DNA from: Eledone cirrhosa
Taxonomy: Eukaryota
Assembly (NCBI GenBank): GCA_964016885.1
Contig: OZ024746.1
Span: 52,080,001 to 52,144,000 of the forward strand
DNA length: 64,000 bases
Direction of reading: 5' to 3'
Positions 1 through 12,000 of this stretch are shown here, piece by piece. A program made the translations under genes and the position numbers. A model generated the notes under the pieces. That model saw only the letters and a list, made by a program, of their open reading frames with translations, made no database searches and was not told where the DNA came from. Position 1 is the first letter of the stretch. Each line of letters opens with the position of its first letter.

Positions 1-3000
1 TATGGTATAGACTGGTGTATATAGGTGTGTGTTGTATGGTATGGAATGCTATGTATTGGGTATGTTATACTTAGTATGGAGTAGAGTATGGTATAGAATG
101 GTGTATATAGGTGTGTGTAGTATGGTATGGAATTCTATGAATTGGGTATTTTAAATTTAGTATGGAATAGTGTATGACATAGGCTGGTGTATATAGGTGT
201 GTGTTGCATGGTATCGAATTCTATGTATTGGGTATGTTATACTTTGTATGGAGTAGTGTATGGTATAGAATGGTGTATATAGGTGTGTGTTGTATGGTAT
301 GGAATTCTATGTATTGGTTATGTTATACTTAGTATGGAGTAGTGTATGGTATAGTATGGTGTATATAGGTGTGTCTTGTATGGTAAGGAATTCTATGTAT
401 TGGGTATGTTATACTTTGAATAGAGTAGTGTATGGTATAGAATGGTGTATATAGATGTGTGTTGTATGGTATGGAATTCTATGTATTGGGTATGTTATAC
501 TTAATATGGAGTAGTGTATGCTATAGAATGCTGTATATATGTGTGTGTTGTATGGTATGGAATTCTATGTATTGGGTATGTTATACTTTGTATGGATTAG
601 TGTATCGTATAGAATGGTGTATATAGGTATGTGTTGTATGGTATGGAATTCTATGTATTAGGTATGTTATACTGAGTATGGATTAGTGTATGGTATAGAA
701 TGGTGTATATAGGTGTGTGTTGTATGGTATGGAATTATATGTATTACGTATGTTATACTGAGTATGGAGTAGTGTATGGTATAGAATGGTGTATATAGGT
801 GTGTGTTGTATGGTATGGAATTCTATGAATTGGGTATGTTATACTTAGTATGGAGTAGTGTATGGTATAGAATGGTGTATATAGGTGTGTGTTGTATGGT
901 ATCGAATTCTATGTATTGGTTATGTTATACTATGTATGGAGTAGTGTATGGTATAGAATGGTGTATATAGGTGTGTGTTGTATGGTATGGAATTCTATGT
1001 ATTGGGTATGTTATACTTAGTATGGAGTAGTGTATGGTATAGAATGGTGTATATAGGTGTGTGTTGTATGGTATGGAATTCTATGTATTGGGTATGTTAT
1101 ACTGAGTATGGAGTAGTGTATGGTATAGAATGGTGTATATAGGTGTGTGTTGTATGGTATGGAATTCTATGTATTGGGTATGTTATATTTTGTATGGTGT
1201 AGTGTATGGTATAGAATGGTGTATATAGGTGTGTGTTGTATGGTATGGAATTCTATGTATCGTTATGTTATACTTTGAATAGAGTAGTGTATGGTATAGA
1301 ATGGTGTATATAGATGTGTGTTGTATGGTATGGAATTCTATGTATTGGGTATGTTATACTTAATATGGAGTAGTGTATGCTATAGAATGCTGTATATATG
1401 TGTGTGTTGTATGGTATGGAATTCTATGTATTGGGTATGTTATACTTTGTATGGATTAGTGTATCGTATAGAATGGTGTATATAGGTGTGTGTTGTATGG
1501 TATGGAATTCTATGTATTACGTATGTTATACTGAGTATGGAGTAGTGTATGGTATAGAATGGTGTATATAGGTGTGTGTTGTATGGTATGGAATTCTATG
1601 AATTGGGTATGTTATATTTAGTATGGAGTAGTGTATGGTATAGAATGGTGTATATAGGTTTGTCTTGTATGGTATGGAATTCTATGTATTGGGTATGTTA
1701 TACTTTGTATGGAGTAGTGTATGGTATAGAATGGTGTATATAGGTGTGTGTTGTATGGTATCGAATTCTATGTATTGGTTATGTTATACTATGTATGGAG
1801 TAGTGTATGGTATAGAATGGTGTATATAGGTGTGTGTTGTATAGTATGGAATTCTATGTATTGGGTATGTTATACTTAGTATGGAGTAGTGTATGGTATA
1901 GAATGGTGTATATAGGTGTGTTGTATGGTATGGAATTCTATGTATTGGGTATGTTATACTGAGTATGGAGTAGTGTATGGTATAGAATGGTGTATATAGG
2001 TGTGTGTTGTATGGTATGGAATTCTATGTATTGGGTATGTTATATATTGTATGGTGTAGTGTATGGTATAGAATGGTGTATATAGGTGTGTGTTGTATGG
2101 TATGGAATTCTATGTATCGTTATGTTATACTTAGAATGGAGTAGTGTATGGTATAGAATGGTGTATATAGGTGTGTGTTGTACGGTATGGAATTCTATGT
2201 ATTGGTTATGTTATACTTAGTATGGAGTAGTGTATGGCATAGAATGGTGTATATAGGTGTGTGTTGTATGGTATGGAATTATATGTATTGTGTATGTTAT
2301 ACTTTGTATGGAGTAGTGTATGGTATAGAATGGTGTATATAGGTGTGTGTTGTATGGTATGGAATTCTATGTATTGGGTATGTTATACTTTGTATGGAGT
2401 AGTGTATGGTATAGAATGGTGTATATAGATGTGTGTTGTATGGTATGGAATTCTATGTATTAGGTATGTTATACTGAGTATGGAGTAGTGTATGGTATAG
2501 AATGGTGTATATAGGTGTGTGTTGTATGGTATGGAATTCTATGTTTTAGTATGTTATACTGAATATGGAGTAGTGTATGGTATAGAATGGTGTATATAGG
2601 TGTGTGTTGTATGGTATGGAATTCTATGAATTGGGTATGTTATATTTAGTATAGAGTAGTGTATGGTATCGACTGGTGTATATAGGTGAGTGTTGTATGG
2701 TATGGAATTCTATGTATTGGTTATGTTATATTTAGTATGGAGTAGTCTATGGCATAGAATGGTGTATATAGGTGTGTGTTGTATGGTATGGAATGCTATG
2801 TATTGGGTATGTTATACTTTGTATGGACTAGTGTATGGTATAGAATGGTGTATATAGGTGTGTGTTGTATGGTGTGGAATTCTATGTATTGGGTATGTTA
2901 TACTTAGTATGGTGTAGTGTATGGTATAGAATGGTGTATACAGGTGTGTGTTGTATGGTATGGAATTCTATGTATTGGTTATGTTATACTTAGTATGGAG

Positions 3001-6000
3001 TAGTGTATGGTATAGACTGGTGTATATAGGTGTGTGTTGTATGGTATGAAATGCTATGTATAGGGTATGTTATATTTAGTATGGAGTAGAGTATGGTATA
3101 GAATGGTGTATATAGGTGTGTGTAGTATGTTATGGAATTATATGTATTGGTTATGTTATATTTAGTATGGAGTAGTGTATGGCATAGAATGGTGTATATA
3201 GGTGTGTGTTGTATGGTATGGAATTCTATGTATTGGGTATGTTATACTTAGTATGGTGTAGTGTATGGTATAGTATGGTGTATATAGGTGTGTCTTGTAT
3301 GGTAAGGAATTCTATGTATTGGGTATGTTATACTTTGAATAGAGTAGTGTATGGTATAGATTGGTGTATATAGCTGTGTGTTGTATGGTATGGAATTCTA
3401 TGTATTGGGTATGTTATACTTAGTATGGAGTAGTGTATGGCATAGACTGGTGTATATAGGTGTGTGTTGTAGGGTATGGAATACTATGTACTGGGTATGT
3501 TATACTTTGTATGGAGTAGTGTATGGCATAGATTGGTGTATATAGGTGTGTGTTGTATGGTATGGAATTCTATGAGTTGGGTATGTTAAATTTAGTATGG
3601 AATAGTGTATGACATAGACTGGTGTATATAGGTGTGTGTTGTAGAGTATGGAATACTATGTACTGGGTATGTTATACTTTGTATGGAGTAGTGTATGGCA
3701 TAGATTGGTGTATATAGGTGTGTGTTGTATGGTCTGGAATTCTATGAGTTGGGTATGTTAAATTCAGTATGGAATAGTGTATGACATAGACTGGTGTATA
3801 TAGGTGTGTGTTGCATGGTATCGAATTCTATGTATTGGTTATGTTATACTTTGTATGGAGTAGTGTATGGTATAGAATGGTGTATATAGGTGTGTGTTGT
3901 ATGGTATGGAATTCTATGTATTTGTATGTTATACTTAGTATGGAGTAGTGTATGGTATAGACTGGTGTATATAGGTGTGTGTTGTATGGTATGGAATGCT
4001 ATGTATTGGGTATGTTATACTTAGTATGGAGTAGAGTATGGTATAGAATGGTGTATATAGGTGTGTGTAGTATGGTATGGAATTCTATGTATTGGTTATG
4101 TTATATTTAGTATGGAGCAGTGTATGGCATAGAATGGTGTATATAGGTGTGTGTTGTATGGTACGGAATTCTATGTATTGGGTATGTTATATTAGTATGG
4201 AGTAGTGTATGGTATAGTATGGTGTATATAGGTGTGTCTTGTATGGTAAGGAATTCTATGTATTGGGTATGTTATACTTTGAATAGAGTAGTGTATGGTA
4301 TAGACTGGTGTATATAGGTGTGTGTTGTAGGGTATGGAATGCTATGTACTGGGTATGTTATACTTTGTATGGAGTAGTGTATGGCATAGATTGGTGTATA
4401 TAGGTGTGTGTTGTATGGTATGGAATTCTATGAGTTGGGTATGCTAAATTTAGTATGGAATAGTGTATTACATAGACTGGTGTATATAGGTGTGTGTTGC
4501 ATGGTATCGAATTCTATGTATTGGGTATGTTATACTTTGTATGGAGTAGTGTATGGTATAGAATGGTGTATATAGGTGTGTGTTGTATGGTATGGAATTC
4601 TATGTATTGGTTATGTTATACTTAGTATGGAGTAGTGTATGGTATAGAATGGTATATATAGGTGTGTCTTGTATGGTAAGGAATTCTATGTATTGGGTAT
4701 GTTATACTTTGAATAGAGTAGTGTATGGTATAGAATGGTGTATATAGGTGTGTGTTGTATGGTATGGAATTCTATGTATTGTTATGTTATACTGAGTATT
4801 GAGAAGTGTATGGTATAGAATGGTGTATATAGGTGTGTGTTGTATGGTATGGAATTCTATGTATTTGTATGTTTTACTTAGTATGGAGTAGTGTATGGCA
4901 TAGAATGGTGTATATAGGTGTGTGTTGTACGGTATGGAATTCTATGTATTGGGTATGTTATACTTAGTATGGAGTAGTGTATGGTATAGAATGGTGTATA
5001 TAGGTGTGTGTAGTATGGTATGGAATTCTATGTATTAGGTATGTTATACTGAGTATGGAGTAGTGTATGGTATAGAATGGTGTATATAGGTGTGTGTTGT
5101 ATGGTATAGAATTCTATGAATTGGGTATGTTATATTTAGTATGGAGTAGTGTATGGCATAGAATGGTGTATATAGGTGTGTCTTGTATGGTATGGAATTC
5201 TGTATTGGGTATGTTATACTTTGAATAGAGTAGTGTATGGTATATAATAGTATATATAGGTGTGTGTTGTATGGTATGGAATGCTATGTATTGGGTATGT
5301 TATACTTTGTATGGAGGAGTGTATGGTATAGAATGGTGTATATAGGTGTGTGTTGTATGGTATGGAATTATATGTATTGGGTATGTTATACTTAGTATGG
5401 TGTAGTGTATGGTATAGAATGGTGTATACAGGTGTGTGTTGTATGGTATGGAATTCTTTGTATTGGTTATGTTATACTTAGTATGGAGTAGTGTATGGTA
5501 TAGACTGGTGTATATAGGTGTGTGTTGTATGGTATGGAATGCTATGTATTGGGTATGTTATACTTAGTATGGAGTAGAGTATGGTATAGAATGGTGTATA
5601 TAGGTGTGTGTAGTATGGTATGGAATTCTATGAATTGGGTATTTTAAATTTAGTATGGAATAGTGTATGACATAGGCTGGTGTATATAGGTGTGTGTTGC
5701 ATGGTATCGAATTCTATGTATTGGGTATGTTATACTTTGTATGGAGTAGTGTATGGTATAGAATGGTGTATATAGGTGTGTGTTGTATGGTATGGAATTC
5801 TATGTATTGGTTATGTTATACTTAGTATGGAGTAGTGTATGGTATAGTATGGTGTATATAGGTGTGTCTTGTATGGTAAGGAATTCTATGTATTGGGTAT
5901 GTTATACTTTGAATAGAGTAGTGTATGGTATAGAATGGTGTATATAGATGTGTGTTGTATGGTATGGAATTCTATGTATTGGGTATGTTATACTTAATAT

Positions 6001-9000
6001 GGAGTAGTGTATGCTATAGAATGCTGTATATATGTGTGTGTTGTATGGTATGGAATTCTATGTATTGGGTATGTTATACTTTGTATGGATTAGTGTATCG
6101 TATAGAATGGTGTATATAGGTATGTGTTGTATGGTATGGAATTCTATGTATTAGGTATGTTATACTGAGTATGGATTAGTGTATGGTATAGAATGGTGTA
6201 TATAGGTGTGTGTTGTATGGTATGGAATTATATGTATTACGTATGTTATACTGAGTATGGAGTAGTGTATGGTATAGAATGGTGTATATAGGTGTGTGTT
6301 GTATGGTATGGAATTCTATGAATTGGGTATGTTATACTTAGTATGGAGTAGTGTATGGTATAGAATGGTGTATATAGGTGTGTGTTGTATGGTATCGAAT
6401 TCTATGTATTGGTTATGTTATACTATGTATGGAGTAGTGTATGGTATAGAATGGTGTATATAGGTGTGTGTTGTATGGTATGGAATTCTATGTATTGGGT
6501 ATGTTATACTTAGTATGGAGTAGTGTATCGTATAGAATGGTGTATATAGGTGTGTGTTGTATGGTATGGAATTCTATGTATTGGGTATGTTATACTGAGT
6601 ATGGAGTAGTGTATGGTATAGAATGGTGTATATAGGTGTGTGTTGTATGGTATGGAATTCTATGTATTGGGTATGTTATATTTTGTATGGTGTAGTGTAT
6701 GGTATAGAATGGTGTATATAGGTGTGTGTTGTATGGTATGGAATTCTATGTATCGTTATGTTATACTTAGAATGGAGTAGTGTATGGTATAGAATGGTGT
6801 ATATAGGTGTGTGTTGTACGGTATGGAATTCTATGTATTGGGTATGTTATACTTAGTATGGAGAAGTGTATGGCATAGAATGGTGTATATAGGTGTGTGT
6901 TGTATGGTAAGGAATTATATAAATTGTGTATGTTATACTTTGTATGGAGTAGTGTATGGTATAGAATGGTGTATATGGGTGTGTGTTGTATGGTATGGAA
7001 TTCTATGTATTGGGTATGTTATACTTTGTATGGAGTAGTGTATGGTATAGAATGGTGTATATAGATGTGTGTTGTATGGTATGGAATTCTATGTATTAGG
7101 TATGTTATACTGAGTATGGAGTAGTGTATGGTATAGAATGGTGTATATAGGTGTGTGTTGTATGGTATAGAATTCTATGAATTGGGTATGTTATATTTAG
7201 TATGGAGTAGTGTATGGCATAGAATGGTGTATATAGGTGTGTCTTGTATGGTATGGAATTCTATGTATTGGGTATGTTATACTTTGAATAGAGTAGTGTA
7301 TGGTATATAATAGTATATATAGGTGTGTGTTGTATGGTATGGAATTCTATGTATTGGGTATGTTATACTTTGTATGGAGTAGTGTATGGTATAGAATGGT
7401 GTATATAGATGTGTGTTGTATGGTATGGAATTCTATGTATTAGGTATGTTATACTGAGTATGGAGTAGTGTATGGTATAGAATGGTGTATATAGGTGTGT
7501 GTTGTATGGTATGGAATTCTATGTTTTAGTATGTTATACTGAATATGGAGTAGTGTATGGTATAGAATGGTGTATATAGGTGTGTGTTGTATGGTATGGA
7601 ATTCTATGAATTGGGTATGTTATATTTAGTATAGAGTAGTGTATGGTATCGACTGGTGTATATAGGTGAGTGTTGTATGGTATGGAATTCTATGTATTGG
7701 TTATGTTATATTTAGTATGGAGTAGTCTATGGCATAGAATGGTGTATATAGGTGTGTGTTGTATGGTATGGAATGCTATGTATTGGGTATGTTATACTTT
7801 GTATGGACTAGTGTATGGTATAGAATGGTGTATATAGGTGTGTGTTGTATGGTGTGGAATTCTATGTATTGGGTATGTTATACTTAGTATGGTGTAGTGT
7901 ATGGTATAGAATGGTGTATACAGGTGTGTGTTGTATGGTATGGAATTCTATGTATTGGTTATGTTATACTTAGTATGGAGTAGTGTATGGTATAGACTGG
8001 TGTATATAGGTGTGTGTTGTATGGTATGAAATGCTATGTATAGGGTATGTTATATTTAGTATGGAGTAGAGTATGGTATAGAATGGTGTATATAGGTGTG
8101 TGTAGTATGTTATGGAATTATATGTATTGGTTATGTTATATTTAGTATGGAGTAGTGTATGGCATAGAATGGTGTATATAGGTGTGTGTTGTATGGTATG
8201 GAATTCTATGTATTGGGTATGTTATACTTAGTATGGTGTAGTGTATGGTATAGTATGGTGTATATAGGTGTGTCTTGTATGGTAAGGAATTCTATGTATT
8301 GGGTATGTTATACTTTGAATAGAGTAGTGTATGGTATAGATTGGTGTATATAGCTGTGTGTTGTATGGTATGGAATTCTATGTATTGGGTATGTTATACT
8401 TAGTATGGAGTAGTGTATGGCATAGACTGGTGTATATAGGTGTGTGTTGTAGGGTATGGAATACTATGTACTGGGTATGTTATACTTTGTATGGAGTAGT
8501 GTATGGCATAGATTGGTGTATATAGGTGTGTGTTGTATGGTATGGAATTCTATGAGTTGGGTATGTTAAATTTAGTATGGAATAGTGTATGACATAGACT
8601 GGTGTATATAGGTGTGTGTTGTAGAGTATGGAATACTATGTACTGGGTATGTTATACTTTGTATGGAGTAGTGTATGGCATAGATTGGTGTATATAGGTG
8701 TGTGTTGTATGGTCTGGAATTCTATGAGTTGGGTATGTTAAATTCAGTATGGAATAGTGTATGCCATAGACTGGTGTATATAGGTGTGTGTTGCATGGTA
8801 TCGAATTCTATGTATTGGTTATGTTATACTTTGTATGGAGTAGTGTATGGTATAGAATGGTGTATATAGGTGTGTGTTGTATGGTATGGAATTCTATGTA
8901 TTTGTATGTTATACTTAGTATGGAGTAGTGTATGGTATAGACTGGTGTATATAGGTGTGTGTTGTATGGTATGGAATGCTATGTATTGGGTATGTTATAC

Positions 9001-12000
9001 TTAGTATGGAGTAGAGTATGGTATAGAATGGTGTATATAGGTGTGTGTAGTATGGTATGGAATTCTATGTATTGGTTATGTTATATTTAGTATGGAGCAG
9101 TGTATGGCATAGAATGGTGCATATAGGTGTGTGTTGTATGGTACGGAATTCTATGTATTGGGTATGTTATATTAGTATGGAGTAGTGTATGGTATAGTAT
9201 GGTGTATATAGGTGTGTCTTGTATGGTAAGGAATTCTATGTATTGGGTATGTTATACTTTGAATAGAGTAGTGTATGGTATAGACTGGTGTATATAGGTG
9301 TGTGTTGTAGGGTATGGAATGCTATGTACTGGGTATGTTATACTTTGTATGGAGTAGTGTATGGCATAGATTGGTGTATATAGGTGTGTGTTGTATGGTA
9401 TGGAATTCTATGAGTTGGGTATGCTAAATTTAGTATGGAATAGTGTATTACATAGACTGGTGTATATAGGTGTGTGTTGCATGGTATCGAATTCTATGTA
9501 TTGGGTATGTTATACTTTGTATGGAGTAGTGTATGGTATAGAATGGTGTATATAGGTGTGTGTTGTATGGTATGGAATTCTATGTATTGGTTATGTTATA
9601 CTTAGTATGGAGTAGTGTATGGTATAGAATGGTGTATATAGGTGTGTCTTGTATGGTAAGGAATTCTATGTATTGGGTATGTTATACTTTGAATAGAGTA
9701 GTGTATGGTATAGAATGGTGTATATAGGTGTGTGTTGTATGGTATGGAATTCTATGTATTGTTATGTTATACTGAGTATTGAGAAGTGTATGGTATAGAA
9801 TGGTGTATATAGGTGTGTGTTGTATGGTATGGAATTCTATGTATTTGTATGTTTTACTTAGTATGGAGTAGTGTATGGCATAGAATGGTGTATATAGGTG
9901 TGTGTTGTACGGTATGGAATTCTATGTATTGGGTATGTTATACTTAGTATGGAGTAGTGTATGGTATAGAATGGTGTATATAGGTGTGTGTAGTATGGTA
10001 TGGAATTCTATGTATTAGGTATGTTATACTGAGTATGGAGTAGTGTATGGTATAGAATGGTGTATATAGGTGTGTGTTGTATGGTATAGAATTCTATGAA
10101 TTGGGTATGTTATATTTAGTATGGAGTAGTGTATGGCATAGAATGGTGTATATAGGTGTGTCTTGTATGGTATGGAATTCTGTATTGGGTATGTTATACT
10201 TTGAATAGAGTAGTGTATGGTATATAATAGTATATATAGGTGTGTGTTGTATGGTATGGAATGCTATGTATTGGGTATGTTATACTTTGTATGGAGGAGT
10301 GTATGGTATAGAATGGTGTATATAGGTGTGTGTTGTATGGTATGGAATTATATGTATTGGGTATGTTATACTTAGTATGGTGTAGTGTATGGTATAGAAT
10401 GGTGTATACAGGTGTGTGTTGTATGGTATGGAATTCTTTGTATTGGTTATGTTATACTTAGTATGGAGTAGTGTATGGTATAGACTGGTGTATATAGGTG
10501 TGTGTTGTATGGTATGGAATGCTATGTATTGGGTATGTTATACTTAGTATGGAGTAGAGTATGGTATAGAATGGTGTATATAGGTGTGTGTAGTATGGTA
10601 TGGAATTCTATGAATTGGGTATTTTAAATTTAGTATGGAATAGTGTATGACATAGGCTGGTGTATATAGGTGTGTGTTGCATGGTATCGAATTCTATGTA
10701 TTGGGTATGTTATACTTTGTATGGAGTAGTGTATGGTATAGAATGGTGTATATAGGTGTGTGTTGTATGGTATGGAATTCTATGTATTGGTTATGTTATA
10801 CTTAGTATGGAGTAGTGTATGGTATAGTATGGTGTATATAGGTGTGTCTTGTATGGTAAGGAATTCTATGTATTGGGTATGTTATACTTTGAATAGAGTA
10901 GTGTATGGTATAGAATGGTGTATATAGATGTGTGTTGTATGGTATGGAATTCTATGTATTGGGTATGTTATACTTAATATGGAGTAGTGTATGCTATAGA
11001 ATGCTGTATATATGTGTGTGTTGTATGGTATGGAATTCTATGTATTGGGTATGTTATACTTTGTATGGATTAGTGTATCGTATAGAATGGTGTATATAGG
11101 TATGTGTTGTATGGTATGGAATTCTATGTATTAGGTATGTTATACTGAGTATGGATTAGTGTATGGTATAGAATGGTGTATATAGGTGTGTGTTGTATGG
11201 TATGGAATTATATGTATTACGTATGTTATACTGAGTATGGAGTAGTGTATGGTATAGAATGGTGTATATAGGTGTGTGTTGTATGGTATGGAATTCTATG
11301 AATTGGGTATGTTATACTTAGTATGGAGTAGTGTATGGTATAGAATGGTGTATATAGGTGTGTGTTGTATGGTATCGAATTCTATGTATTGGTTATGTTA
11401 TACTATGTATGGAGTAGTGTATGGTATAGAATGGTGTATATAGGTGTGTGTTGTATGGTATGGAATTCTATGTATTGGGTATGTTATACTTAGTATGGAG
11501 TAGTGTATGGTATAGAATGGTGTATATAGGTGTGTGTTGTATGGTATGGAATTCTATGTATTGGGTATGTTATACTGAGTATGGAGTAGTGTATGGTATA
11601 GAATGGTGTATATAGGTGTGTGTTGTATGGTATGGAATTCTATGTATTGGGTATGTTATATTTTGTATGGTGTAGTGTATGGTATAGAATGGTGTATATA
11701 GGTGTGTGTTGTATGGTATGGAATTCTATGTATCGTTATGTTATACTTAGAATGGAGTAGTGTATGGTATAGAATGGTGTATATAGGTGTGTGTTGTACG
11801 GTATGGAATTCTATGTATTGGGTATGTTATACTTAGTATGGAGAAGTGTATGGCATAGAATGGTGTATATAGGTGTGTGTTGTATGGTAAGGAATTATAT
11901 AAATTGTGTATGTTATACTTTGTATGGAGTAGTGTATGGTATAGAATGGTGTATATGGGTGTGTGTTGTATGGTATGGAATTCTATGTATTGGGTATGTT

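Noticed and set aside
1-86. G-quadruplex-forming array
   Set aside because: There is only one GGG tract per 86 bp, so the canonical four G3-tract motif is absent. GG-only two-tier structures cannot be supported from the sequence.
295-312. Heat-shock element, TATA box or CENP-B box motifs in the monomer
   Set aside because: GAATTC lacks the nGAAnnTTCn spacing of a heat-shock element. TATATAG is expected by chance in this composition and has no gene downstream. The CpG-containing CENP-B box is absent from the consensus.
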